Source: an uncultured Gammaproteobacteria bacterium
GTDB lineage: Bacteria > Patescibacteriota > Patescibacteriia > UBA2196
Length of the DNA: 64,000 nucleotides
Assembly (NCBI GenBank): GCA_964522515.1
Contig: CAZFWC010000001.1
Span: 14,536-78,535 of the forward strand
Direction: 5' to 3'
Part shown: positions 47,836 to 57,391 of the stretch, piece after piece
How positions within the stretch are numbered: the stretch's first letter is position 1
Layout: each line of letters starts with the position of its first letter
Program-made: the position numbers and the translations under genes
The notes under the pieces: model-generated
Databases searched by the model: none
Seen by the model: the letters and a program-made list of their open reading frames with translations, nothing else
Told to the model about the DNA's origin: nothing

Positions 47836-47978
47836 ATGCTTTATTCAACTAAGAACTAACAAATAAAATTTAACAAAATTTTATCTAACATTAGCCGTTT
47901 TAAAAAAGTCAAGTGCTAATAAAAAATAAATTAAATAATTAAAAAGGCTTTTTGATATTTTGCTTTTTATTTAGTTGA

Positions 47979-49490
47979 GTGTATAATAAAAATGAGGTGA
48001 TAATAATTAAAAATAAAATTATGGAAAACAGAACACTTTATTTTGGCGACAATTTAGAAATTTTAAAAGAAAAAATTCCTGATGAAGTTTTTGATTTGAT
48101 TTATCTTGATCCGCCTTTTAATTCCAATCGCAACTACAATGTCATTTTTAAAGAAGGACTGATGGATAGCGAAGCGCAAATTCAAGCATTTGAAGATTCT
48201 TGGCATTGGACACCAGAAACTAAAAAAACATTTGATTATTTGGTAAGAAAAACCAATGATGGAATTTCAAATTTAATGCAGGCTTTGGAAAAAATGATTG
48301 GCAATAATGATATGCTGGCGTATTTAACAATGATGACAGTGCGATTGATTGAATTGCATCGAGTTTTAAAAAAAACCGGCAGTTTATATTTACACTGCGA
48401 CCCAACAGCAAGTCATTATTTAAAACTCGTTTTGGATGTGATTTTTGGAAAAGATAAATTTAGAAATGAGATAGTGTGGTGGTATCACGATCCTTCTGGT
48501 ACAACTTTAAATAAGTTTAAAAGGAAGCATGATATAATATTCTTTTATACCAAATCCGATGATTATATTTTTAATGCAGATGCAGTTAGGACTCCTTATA
48601 CAGAAAGCACTTTAAAGCAAGGTGAAAGAGGGACAATTTCTTTTGGAAGACCAACCAAAACTCATCCTCTAGGGAGAGTATGTGAAGATGTTTGGGAAAT
48701 ACCAATAATTAATTCTATGTCTAAAGAACGGCTTGGCTATCCTACCCAAAAACCAGAAATGCTTTTGGAAAGAGTTATCAGGGCATCATCAAAAGAAGGT
48801 GATTTAATTTTAGATCCATTTTGTGGTTGTGGCACAACTGTTTCTGTGGCAGAAAGATTAGACAGAAAGTGGGTTGGTATTGATATTACAATGTTAGCTA
48901 TAAATCTTATTAAGAAAAGAATGAGAGAGCAGTTTGAAGATAAAAATATAAAAATAAATATTGATGGTTTGCCAAAAGATTTATCTGGTGCATTGGCTTT
49001 GGCAAAAAAGGATAGATTTGAATTTGAATATTGGGCATTAAGTTTAATTGATGCAATGCCAGCAAAAAGTAAAAGCAAAGAAAATATGCGAGGCGCTGAC
49101 AAAGGTATTGACGGCACACTAGCACCAATTACCGGCGTTAAAAATGGCAATATGCAATATGGCAGAATTTTAATTCAAGTAAAAAGTGGTGGTGTAAAAC
49201 GAAATGATATTGCCACACTCAAAGGAGATATTGAAAGAGAAAAAGCAATTGGTGGTGTTTTTGTCACTTTAGAAAAACCAAGTAAGCCAATGTTGGAAGA
49301 GGCAGTTTTATCCGGAGAATATACTGTTGAATTTTTTAAAGGTGAATTTCCTAAAGTACAAATTTTAACCATAGAAGAATTGTTGCACGGGAAAAAATTA
49401 AATTTGCCATTATGGTCAAAAGAATATCATAAAAAAGCAAAAAAAGTTGAAATTGAAAAAAATAAATTTCAGGTGGGATTGGGGGTGTAG
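47979..49490 (+). CDS. beta-class N6A/N4C DNA methyltransferase fused to C-terminal Mrr-like (PD-D/ExK) restriction-endonuclease domain; likely true start near 48021 (MENRTLYFGDNLEIL)
   Basis: motif IV DPPF (IYLDPPFNSN) before motif I (DPFCGCGTT); C-terminal DKGIDG...ILIQVK resembles Mrr catalytic core. Confidence 0.8.
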   Translation: MYNKNEVIIIKNKIMENRTLYFGDNLEILKEKIPDEVFDLIYLDPPFNSNRNYNVIFKEGLMDSEAQIQAFEDSWHWTPETKKTFDYLVRKTNDGISNLMQALEKMIGNNDMLAYLTMMTVRLIELHRVLKKTGSLYLHCDPTASHYLKLVLDVIFGKDKFRNEIVWWYHDPSGTTLNKFKRKHDIIFFYTKSDDYIFNADAVRTPYTESTLKQGERGTISFGRPTKTHPLGRVCEDVWEIPIINSMSKERLGYPTQKPEMLLERVIRASSKEGDLILDPFCGCGTTVSVAERLDRKWVGIDITMLAINLIKKRMREQFEDKNIKINIDGLPKDLSGALALAKKDRFEFEYWALSLIDAMPAKSKSKENMRGADKGIDGTLAPITGVKNGNMQYGRILIQVKSGGVKRNDIATLKGDIEREKAIGGVFVTLEKPSKPMLEEAVLSGEYTVEFFKGEFPKVQILTIEELLHGKKLNLPLWSKEYHKKAKKVEIEKNKFQVGLGV

Positions 49491-49508
49491 TAATTGTGGA
49501 TAACTCAA

Positions 49509-49537
49509 CTTGACAAATTTTTTTAAAAAATTTATAA
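49509..49537 (+). promoter_or_regulatory. sigma70-like promoter TTGACA-17-TATAAT immediately downstream of MTase stop
   Basis: canonical hexamers and spacing. Confidence 0.4.
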
Positions 49538-49548
49538 TTATGTTGAAA

Positions 49549-49590
49549 CCTATGCTCGTCTTCATTTTTAATTTGAGCATGGGTTTTTAA
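49549..49590 (+). terminator. hairpin + T-tract (terminator/attenuator-like)
   Basis: CCTATGCTC...GAGCATGGG + TTTTT. Confidence 0.45.
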
Positions 49591-49768
49591 ATTAAAAAGG
49601 CGACGATGCCGTTCGCCAATTTGCAAAAAATATATGCAGGATTTTTACAGAGGAGCGGACGCATTGTAAAATGCTATTTTTCCGCTTCTTTTTAATTTGT
49701 CAAAAGTCGTTTTAAATTAATATTTATTATTATGCCTGTATTAGGATAACAATAAATAAAATAAAAAT

Positions 49769-50080
49769 ATGGCTAAAAATAAAAAGCAAGGCACAAAGAT
49801 AGCAATTACATTTCCTGATAAAATTCAGGTGGATTTAGTTCCAGCAAATGACTTAAAACTTTATGAAAGATTTCAATGGTTGATTGTTTTATTGGCGCCA
49901 ATATCAGCTAGTTTTTTTACCGCATATTTTACAGATGTCAACAAGACGGATTCTTTATTGTGGAGTGCTATAATATTTGCGATAGTTTCAATAATTTTTA
50001 TATTTTTTGCTTTTAGTCATCGTAAAAAAATATTTAACGGAAAAATATTGCGAGAAAAATCATTAGATGATTTTAATTAA
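49769..50080 (+). CDS. hypothetical small membrane protein
   Basis: two hydrophobic helices; no SD; weak. Confidence 0.25.
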   Translation: MAKNKKQGTKIAITFPDKIQVDLVPANDLKLYERFQWLIVLLAPISASFFTAYFTDVNKTDSLLWSAIIFAIVSIIFIFFAFSHRKKIFNGKILREKSLDDFN

Positions 50081-50108
50081 AAAAATAATTAATTAAATTT
50101 AAAAATAT

Positions 50109-50345
50109 ATGCAAAAAAGAAAAGCAACTAAAACTCAAATTAAAAAAGAAAGAAATCCAAAAAAAGTTAAAAAAGTAATCAAACAAAAAGGATATCCGTC
50201 TGGTAAATTGCCAAAAACTAAAGTTTTACATCATCTTAAAACTGTTGCAATTGGCGGAAAAACAACAAAGAAAAATACAAGAATTGTTTCTGTTCGAAAA
50301 CATAAAAAGATTCATAAAAATAGAAACAAAAGAGGAAAAATTTAA
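50109..50345 (+). CDS. hypothetical very basic Lys-rich small protein
   Basis: 78 aa, about 35% Lys/Arg; no SD; weak. Confidence 0.25.
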   Translation: MQKRKATKTQIKKERNPKKVKKVIKQKGYPSGKLPKTKVLHHLKTVAIGGKTTKKNTRIVSVRKHKKIHKNRNKRGKI

Positions 50346-50503
50346 TTTAAAAACCTCAGAGTTTTATTTCTGGGTTTTTTATTTTTAAAAAATTTAAAAC
50401 ATAAGTCAAATGCAATTTTTCAGTATTTGTGGTTTGAACAAAATGGCTCCACCCAAGAGGGACGGAGCCAACTCTAAAAGCCGTTCGGGATGACAGCTGT
50501 GCT

Positions 50504-52636
50504 TTATTTATTTTTTCCTTCCACAATTTCCTCTGCCACATTTTTCGGAACTTCTGCGTAGTGATGAAATTCCATTGTTGAAGTTCCACGGCCTTGAGTA
50601 ATTGAACGCAAAGTTGTAACATATCCAAACATTTGAGCCAAAGGCACTTCCCCATCAATAACTTTTAAATTCCCGCGCTCTTTCATTTCATTAATTTTCG
50701 CGCGTCTAGAACTTAAATCACCAATCACATCACCCATATATTCTTCAGGCACAAGAACTTCAATTTTCATAATTGGTTCAAGCAAAATTGAACCCGCATT
50801 TTTAGCAGCTGCTTGAAAAGCAATTGAGCCCGCCATTTTAAACGCAATTTCAGAAGAATCAACTTCGTGAAAAGATCCATCAAACACACTTGCTTTAATA
50901 TCTACCATTTGATAACCAGCAACAATTCCTCGGCTCATTGCTTCTTTAACGCCTTTTTGAATTGCTGGAATATATTCTTTTGGAATCACTCCGCCTTTAA
51001 TTGCGTCAACAAATTCAAAATTTTCTGTTTTAAGAGATTGATCTTTAGAATCTTTTTCTTTTGGTTCAATTCTAAGCCAGCAGTGTCCATATTGTCCGCG
51101 TCCACCAGATTGTTTAATATATTTTCCTTCTGCTTCAGCTATTTTTTTAATTGTTTCTTTGTAAGCAACTTGCGGTTTGCCAACATTACATTCAACTTTA
51201 AATTCTCGTTTCATTCTTTCAACTAAAACATCTAAATGCAATTCTCCCATTCCCGAAATAATTGTTTCTAAAGTTTCTTCATCGGTTTTAATTTGAAAAG
51301 TTGGATCTTCTTGCGCTAATTTATTTAAAGCCAATCCCATTTTTTCTTGATCAGTTTTTGTTTTTGGTTCAACAACAACTGAAATTACTGGCACTGGAAA
51401 AATAATTTTTTCTAACACAACAGGACTATTTTCACTACAAATTGTGTCGCCAGTTGTTGTTTGTTTTAATCCAACAGCCGCGGCAATTTCACCAGAAAAA
51501 ACTTCATCAACATCTTCTCGCGAGTTTGCGTGCATTCTTAAAATTCGTCCTAATCTTTCTTTTTTCCCAGTAGTTGTGTTTAAAATATAAGTTCCAGCTT
51601 TAATTGTTCCGGAGTAAACTCTAAAAAAAGCCAAACTGCCAACAAAAGGATCAGTTGCAATTTTAAAAGCTAAAGCAGAAAACGGTTCTTTGTCATCAGC
51701 TTTTCTAATTTCTTTTTGAGATTCCCTGTCCGCCGTAGCTTTAGCGAAGGAGGAATTTTTTGGATTAAAACCTTGAACAGACGGGACATCTAAAGGCGAA
51801 GGCAAAAAATCATTAACAGCGTCCAAAACAAACTGCACACCAATATTTTTTAAAGCAGAACCTGCTAAAACTAAATAAATATTATTTGATAAAGTTCCTT
51901 TTCTTAAACCTTTTTTAATTTCGTCAATATTTAATTCTTTTCCATTTAAAAATTTTTCTAACAAATCATCATCTTGTTCAGCGGCTTTTTCAATTAATTC
52001 TGCGCGATATTTTTCAGCCTGCTCTTTTAAATCAGCTGGGATTTCAATTTCATTAATTTCTTCGCCGTGCTCTCCTTTAAATTCAAAAGCTTTCATTTCT
52101 AAAATATGAATTACGCCTTTTAAATTTTCTTCAGCTCCAATTGGAATTGTATAAGCAATTGCGTTTGGATTTAATCTTTGTTTAATTGATTCAATACTCA
52201 TTTTAAAATCCCCGCCCATTTTATCCATTTTATTAATAAAAGCGATTCTTGGAACTTTGTATTTATCAGCTTGACGCCAAACAGTTTCTGATTGTGGCTC
52301 AACACCTTGGGCTCCGTCAAAAACCGCAACTGCTCCGTCAAGCACACGCAAACTTCTTTCAACTTCTGCTGTAAAATCAACATGACCCGGAGTGTCAATA
52401 ATGTTGTAGCAAAAATCTTTCCAAAAACAAGTTGTCGCTGCTGAAGTAATTGTAATTCCTCTTTCTTTTTCTTGTTCCATCCAATCCATTTCAGATTCAC
52501 CTGTGTGAGTCTCGCCAATTTTGTGTTTTTTTCCAGTGTAAAATAAAACACGCTCTGTAAAAGTTGTTTTACCAGCATCAATGTGGGCTATTATTCCAAT
52601 ATTTCTAGTTTTTTCTAAAGTATATTTTCTTGGCAT
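50504..52636 (-). CDS. fusA: elongation factor G (with in-frame GC-rich element insertion)
   Basis: [18 protein letters not shown]-motifs, full five-domain length. Confidence 0.95.
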   Translation of the reverse strand: MPRKYTLEKTRNIGIIAHIDAGKTTFTERVLFYTGKKHKIGETHTGESEMDWMEQEKERGITITSAATTCFWKDFCYNIIDTPGHVDFTAEVERSLRVLDGAVAVFDGAQGVEPQSETVWRQADKYKVPRIAFINKMDKMGGDFKMSIESIKQRLNPNAIAYTIPIGAEENLKGVIHILEMKAFEFKGEHGEEINEIEIPADLKEQAEKYRAELIEKAAEQDDDLLEKFLNGKELNIDEIKKGLRKGTLSNNIYLVLAGSALKNIGVQFVLDAVNDFLPSPLDVPSVQGFNPKNSSFAKATADRESQKEIRKADDKEPFSALAFKIATDPFVGSLAFFRVYSGTIKAGTYILNTTTGKKERLGRILRMHANSREDVDEVFSGEIAAAVGLKQTTTGDTICSENSPVVLEKIIFPVPVISVVVEPKTKTDQEKMGLALNKLAQEDPTFQIKTDEETLETIISGMGELHLDVLVERMKREFKVECNVGKPQVAYKETIKKIAEAEGKYIKQSGGRGQYGHCWLRIEPKEKDSKDQSLKTENFEFVDAIKGGVIPKEYIPAIQKGVKEAMSRGIVAGYQMVDIKASVFDGSFHEVDSSEIAFKMAGSIAFQAAAKNAGSILLEPIMKIEVLVPEEYMGDVIGDLSSRRAKINEMKERGNLKVIDGEVPLAQMFGYVTTLRSITQGRGTSTMEFHHYAEVPKNVAEEIVEGKNK
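51724..51755. repeat. intragenic in-frame GC-rich element core (fusA)
   Basis: CTGTCCGCCGTAGCTTTAGCGAAGGAGG encodes ...AKATADRES... in an EF-G loop that is longer than in E. coli EF-G. Confidence 0.8.
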
Positions 52637-52641
52637 ATTTT

Positions 52642-53115
52642 TTACCCAAACCTTGCAAAATGCGCAAAAGCTTTATTTGCTTCAGCCATTCTGTGAGTGT
52701 CTTCGCGTTTTTTAATTGCAGGTCCTTCACCTTTTGCAGATTGCATTAATACATCAGCCAACTTTGCGCACATTGGTTTTCCTTTTATTTTTTTAGCTGC
52801 GACAATTATCCACCTGCAAGCTAAAGTAAAACGGCGCTGTTCACGAACTGGAAAAGGAATTTGATAATTCGCGCCACCAACTCTTCTTCCGCAAATTTCA
52901 ACTGTTGGTCCAACTTTTTTAATTGCTTGTTCAAAAATTTGAACACCTTCTTTTTTTGTTTTTTCTTTTATAATATCAAAAGCGCTGTAGATAATTTTTT
53001 GAGCTACAGTTTTTTTGCCTCGCTCCATAATATAATTAGTAAATTTTGCTACACTTAAATTATTATATTTTGGATCAGCAATGATTTTTCTTTTTGGCGC
53101 TTGTTTTCCTCGCAT
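52642..53115 (-). CDS. rpsG: 30S ribosomal protein S7
   Basis: conserved S7 blocks. Confidence 0.95.
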   Translation of the reverse strand: MRGKQAPKRKIIADPKYNNLSVAKFTNYIMERGKKTVAQKIIYSAFDIIKEKTKKEGVQIFEQAIKKVGPTVEICGRRVGGANYQIPFPVREQRRFTLACRWIIVAAKKIKGKPMCAKLADVLMQSAKGEGPAIKKREDTHRMAEANKAFAHFARFG

Positions 53116-53118
53116 AAA

Positions 53119-53538
53119 TTATTTTTTCTCTTTCTTTGCTCCATATAAACTTCTTGATTGTTTTCGACTTTCAACTCCTTGCGCGTCATATCTTCCACGC
53201 ACAATGTGGTAACGCACACCTGGTAAATCTTTAACTCTTCCGCCACGAATCATCACAATTGAATGTTCTTGCAAATTATGTCCAACACCAGGAATGTAAG
53301 CCCAGACTTCGCGTCCGTTTGATAATCTAACTCGCGCAACTTTTCTTAAAGCTGAATTCGGTTTTTTAGGAGTTTTAGTTGTAACTTTAACACAAACTCC
53401 GCGTTTAAAACTAGAGCCTTTTTTTAAATCTCTTGATTTTCTTTTCATCACATTTAAAGTTGACCGTAAATCAGGTGATTTGGTTTTTTTAATTTTTGAC
53501 TTTCGTCCTTTTTTAATTAATTGATTTATTGTGGGCAT
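53119..53538 (-). CDS. rpsL: 30S ribosomal protein S12
   Basis: PTINQLI...highly conserved S12. Confidence 0.95.
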   Translation of the reverse strand: MPTINQLIKKGRKSKIKKTKSPDLRSTLNVMKRKSRDLKKGSSFKRGVCVKVTTKTPKKPNSALRKVARVRLSNGREVWAYIPGVGHNLQEHSIVMIRGGRVKDLPGVRYHIVRGRYDAQGVESRKQSRSLYGAKKEKK

Positions 53539-53546
53539 TTTTATTT

Positions 53547-53632
53547 CTCCGCCTTCGCCCCTAAAAAATCCTACTGGACTACGGCGCCTGTCCGCCGTAG
53601 CCTTGGCAAAGGAGGAGATAAACTCTTGTGTT
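53547..53632. repeat. GC-rich element upstream of rpsL start
   Basis: CTCCGCCTTCGCCCC...CTACGGCGCCTGTCCGCCGTAGCC...GGAGG. Confidence 0.8.
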
Positions 53633-53766
53633 AAATTATTTTAAATTATTGATATTAAAAAAACCATCTTTTGATGATTAAAAAATAATCTACATTAAGA
53701 TTAAACTATTTTAAAAATTGTGTCAAATAAAAAAAGTAATCTGTAAATTGTAAATTGTAAAAAAAT

Positions 53767-54378
53767 TCAACTACCAATAAATAAATTATAAATAAAATAA
53801 ATTATTGGTGAGATTAAACGAAAAAGAAAGAATATAAAAAATAAAAGCAAAATGTATCCGTAGCGTTCTAAAAATGCGCGAATTTGAATACTAATTTCAT
53901 TATCAGGTAAAAGCGAAAATAAAATTTTTGATCCGTCTAAAGGCGGAATCGGAACTAAATTAAAAACAGCAAGCAAAATATTTGCGTAGACTATAATTGA
54001 TAAAATAAATGAAAAATCATTTAAAGGCAAAAATCTAATTAGCATTGCAAAAATAAAAGCCAGCAATAAATTAGAAACAGGACCAGCAGCCGCAACTAAA
54101 CCAATATCTCGTTTTTGATTTTTTAAATTAAAAGGATTAAACGGAACTGGTTTTGCGTAAGCAAAAATAAAATTACCGCCAGAAACAAGCAAAAGAATTA
54201 CAGGCAACAAAAAAGTGCCAAAAAAATCAATATGAGCTTTTGGATTTAAAGTCAACCGACCTGCATTTCGCGCTGTTGGATCGCCTAATTGATCAGCTGT
54301 CCACGCGTGAGCGTATTCGTGAATAATCGCAGACGGAATTATTATTAAGAAAAAAAATATTAATTGTGAAGGGTCCAT
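53767..54378 (-). CDS. M50-family (site-2 protease-like) membrane metalloprotease
   Basis: HEYAHAW (HExxH) inside TM helix, multiple TM segments. Confidence 0.6.
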   Translation of the reverse strand: MDPSQLIFFFLIIIPSAIIHEYAHAWTADQLGDPTARNAGRLTLNPKAHIDFFGTFLLPVILLLVSGGNFIFAYAKPVPFNPFNLKNQKRDIGLVAAAGPVSNLLLAFIFAMLIRFLPLNDFSFILSIIVYANILLAVFNLVPIPPLDGSKILFSLLPDNEISIQIRAFLERYGYILLLFFIFFLFRLISPIIYFIYNLFIGS

Positions 54379-54384
54379 AAATTA

Positions 54385-54540
54385 TTTTAATTTCCAATTT
54401 CCAAGATACAATTTCCAAATAAATCTCAAAAATCAAATTCCAAAAAAATATTATAAAATAATAATTTAAATAAAATATTGGAAATTGAAATTTGGAACTT
54501 ATTTGGAAATTGGAAATTGTATCTTGGAAATTTAAATCTT
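54385..54540. repeat. long AT-rich inverted repeat built from TTCCAAN heptamers flanking M50 protease gene start
   Basis: AATTTCCAATTTCCAAGATACAATTTCCAAATAA ... TTATTTGGAAATTGGAAATTGTATCTTGGAAATT. Confidence 0.7.
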
Positions 54541-54610
54541 GACACTTTTATTTTATCATAGTAAAATAAAAATATCTAATTAAATTAGTTTTGAAAAAAG
54601 GATAAATTTT

Positions 54611-54790
54611 ATGGCAACAGTATGCGACCTTTGCGGACGCGGTTCGCAAAAATCTCAAAAAAAATCTCATTCAAACATTAAAACGATTCGTCGTCAGTAT
54701 TTGAATTTGCAAAAAAGAACAATTGATGGAAAGAAAAAAAATGTGTGCATTAAATGTATTCGCACAATGAAAAAGAATTTGAAAGTTTAA
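54611..54790 (+). CDS. rpmB: 50S ribosomal protein L28 (59 aa; below ORF-track cutoff)
   Basis: own translation: MATVCDLCGRGSQKSQKKSHSNIKTIRRQYLNLQKRTIDGKKKNVCIKCIRTMKK; matches L28 pattern. Confidence 0.65.
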   Translation: MATVCDLCGRGSQKSQKKSHSNIKTIRRQYLNLQKRTIDGKKKNVCIKCIRTMKKNLKV

Positions 54791-55234
54791 ATTTTAAATA
54801 ATTTTTAAATTTAAAAACAGGATTAAAACTGTTTTTTGTGTTTTTAAAAACCCCACAAAATTTAAATACCGCTGAAAATCAAGTCCAATATTTTTAACGG
54901 ATCTACCAGATAATTTAACAAAATAAAATGAAAACACTTTAGAAGTTACACACTGGACTAACAATCGCTGGTGTTTGCTTGCTTAAATCCTGGTCAAACC
55001 AGAAACCTAAGCAAATATAAACCCCAAGCAGAAAAATTGAAGAAATGATTTAGGATATTTTTTCTGTGGGGCTAAATTTATTGTAGCATTTTTAATTAAA
55101 AAAGCAAAATAAAAACCACCCATTATTTATTCCTCGTGAGAATATTTAAATGGGCGGAGTTTAATCACAAATGGTGGTTTGCGATTAAAAATTTTGTCTT
55201 TTTTTTGGACGAAATAATCCTTTGTGGATAAGTT

Positions 55235-55837
55235 TTATTCTTTAATCCCGTCCAAATTTATATCATATAAAATTTTATCTTGAACTAAATTATATTTTAA
55301 AATTTCATTTTCAGAAAACCAAATTTTAATTTCTCGTTCAGCTTCTTCTGGAGATTCAGAAGCGTGGATTAAATTACGCACTGCTCTGTTGTCTAAATTA
55401 GCAATTTGATAAGAATCAATTGTAAAATCTCCGCGAAGCGTGCCAACATCAGATGAAAGAGGTTCTGTAGTACCAACAATTTTACGAATAATTCCACAAG
55501 CTTTATTTCCTTGCCAAATCATAACCACAATTGGTCCTGCAGTTAAAAAATCAACTAAAGCTTTTTGAATTTCTTTTCCATATTCACTAGCATTTTTTTT
55601 AACTGGTTCATTTTTTTGTTTTTTAATATCAATGGTTTTCTCGCCTACTTTTTGAAACCACTCGTCTTCTTTATAATAATGTTCAAAAGATTGTTCTGAT
55701 GTTGCGATTATTATTTTAAGAGCGCAAAGTTTTAAACCAGTTTGCTCAAAGCGTTTGATAATTTCACCAATTAAAGAACGCTGAACTCCGTCAGGTTTTA
55801 TTAAAACTAAACTTCTTTCGTATTTAGGGTGGAGCAT
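55235..55837 (-). CDS. ndk: nucleoside diphosphate kinase with about 45-aa internal insertion
   Basis: LVLIKPDGVQR..., active-site region NLIHASES..., REIKIWF. Confidence 0.75.
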   Translation of the reverse strand: MLHPKYERSLVLIKPDGVQRSLIGEIIKRFEQTGLKLCALKIIIATSEQSFEHYYKEDEWFQKVGEKTIDIKKQKNEPVKKNASEYGKEIQKALVDFLTAGPIVVMIWQGNKACGIIRKIVGTTEPLSSDVGTLRGDFTIDSYQIANLDNRAVRNLIHASESPEEAEREIKIWFSENEILKYNLVQDKILYDINLDGIKE

Positions 55838-55843
55838 ATTTTT

Positions 55844-56887
55844 TTATGTGCTGATTCTAAAATAAATGACATCTCCATCTTTCACAATATAATCTTTCCC
55901 TTCTAAACGCACAAGCCCTTTTTCTTTTGCTTTTAATTCACTGCCCGAAAAAATAAAATCTTCATATTTACAAACTTCAGCGCGAATAAAACCTTTTTCA
56001 AAATCAGTATGAATTTTTCCAGCAGCTTGCGGGGCTTTAGTTCCTTGCTTAATTGTCCAAGCGCGAGTTTCATCTTGCCCGGTTGTTAAAAATGTGATTA
56101 AATTTAATAAATTATAACTTGCTTGAATTAATTTGTCTAATCCTGTTCGTTTTATTTTTAATTCTTTTAATTCTTCGTCAGATAACTCACCGTATTCAGA
56201 TTCTAATTTTGCATTAATTAAAATTGTGTTTTTTAATTCCTGTTCACTGCTCACTAATAACTGACTTTTTATATTTCTTACAAAAATGATGGGTTTTAAA
56301 GTCAACAAATTTAAATCGCGAATTAATAATTCTTCTTCTTTATTTAATTTAATTTCATTTGCTAATTTTTCATTGTTTAAAGTTTCTTCTAAAATTTTTA
56401 ATATTTCTAATAATTTTATCGCTTCAGCATTTCCTGATTTTGCTTCTTTACTAACTTTTTCTAATCTTTTTTCAACAGTTTGCAAATCAGCCATTATTAA
56501 TTCAAAATGAATAATTGATTTGTCGCGTTCTGGATTAATTTCTCCTTCAATGTGTGTAATATTTTTATCTTCAAAATCTCTTAACACTTCAATAATCGCG
56601 TCAACTTCACGAATGTGAGATAAAAATTTATTTCCCAAACCCTCGCCTTTGTGCGCATTTTTAACCAGACCCGCAATGTCAACAAACTCAATTACTGTTG
56701 GAGTTATTTTTTTTGATTTATAAATTTCAGCTAACTTTTCTAATCGTTCATCAGGAACCTTAACAATTCCAATGTTTGGATCAATGGTGCAAAAAGGATA
56801 ATTTTCAACATCAACTTGTTTTTTTGTTAATGCTTTAAATAGTGTAGATTTGCCAACATTTGGTAGACCAACAATTCCGACTTTCAT
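55844..56887 (-). CDS. ychF: ribosome-binding ATPase YchF (Obg-like, TGS domain)
   Basis: GIVGLPNVGKST P-loop; C-terminal TGS domain. Confidence 0.85.
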   Translation of the reverse strand: MKVGIVGLPNVGKSTLFKALTKKQVDVENYPFCTIDPNIGIVKVPDERLEKLAEIYKSKKITPTVIEFVDIAGLVKNAHKGEGLGNKFLSHIREVDAIIEVLRDFEDKNITHIEGEINPERDKSIIHFELIMADLQTVEKRLEKVSKEAKSGNAEAIKLLEILKILEETLNNEKLANEIKLNKEEELLIRDLNLLTLKPIIFVRNIKSQLLVSSEQELKNTILINAKLESEYGELSDEELKELKIKRTGLDKLIQASYNLLNLITFLTTGQDETRAWTIKQGTKAPQAAGKIHTDFEKGFIRAEVCKYEDFIFSGSELKAKEKGLVRLEGKDYIVKDGDVIYFRIST

Positions 56888-56897
56888 TTTTTTTAAG

Positions 56898-56945
56898 CCT
56901 GCCTGCCCGCCGTAGCTTTAGCGAAGGAGGGTCCTGAGGAGGAAC
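56898..56945. repeat. GC-rich element core upstream of ychF
   Basis: CCTGCCTGCCCGCCGTAGCTTTAGCGAAGGAGGG. Confidence 0.75.
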
Positions 56946-57000
56946 GACCAAAGATCCCATTGTTAAACAAAACTTTCAGGATTAATTAATTTTTTTTAAA

Positions 57001-57366
57001 TCAAATAATTTTTTTTACTTTTTCAACAACTTGCGCAGGAGTTGAATTTGCTTTAACAATATAATCTTTTGCGCCTAATTCTTTTCCTTTTTTAATATCT
57101 TCTTCTTGCCCTAAATTTGTTAGCATAATAACTGGAATATTTTTTAATTTAGAATTTGCTTTTAACTCAGCTAAAATATCAAAACCATTTGTTTTTGGTA
57201 AAATAACATCAAGCAAAATTAAATCAGGCTTTTCTTTTTTAACTTTTTCTAAAACTTCTCCACCGTCTTCAACATTAACAACTTCAAATTTTTCCCGTTC
57301 TAATTTTGTCTGATACATTTCAGATAATATTTTTTCATCTTCAACTAAAAGAATTTTTTTAGGCAT
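57001..57366 (-). CDS. stand-alone response-regulator receiver domain (CheY-like)
   Basis: KILLVEDE...DLILLDVILP...K motif set. Confidence 0.7.
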   Translation of the reverse strand: MPKKILLVEDEKILSEMYQTKLEREKFEVVNVEDGGEVLEKVKKEKPDLILLDVILPKTNGFDILAELKANSKLKNIPVIMLTNLGQEEDIKKGKELGAKDYIVKANSTPAQVVEKVKKII

Positions 57367-57391
57367 ATGTTTTTAAAGATTAAAAAATTTT

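Noticed and set aside
48220-49626. Minus-strand ORFs (48220..48411, 48737..49150, 48910..49128, 49175..49372, 49351..49626) overlapping the MTase gene and its downstream region
   Set aside because: Antisense to a confidently identified MTase; products are low-complexity and hydrophobic with no recognisable features.
50356-50658. 100-aa minus-strand ORF overlapping the 3' end of fusA out of frame, and other 60-130-aa antisense or overlapping ORFs inside ribosomal-protein, fusA, secY and tuf genes (e.g. 36493..36813, 39296..39601, 42089..42463, 45274..45588, 50867..51226, 52198..52581)
   Set aside because: All lie within highly conserved housekeeping genes on the wrong strand or frame, so coding is implausible.
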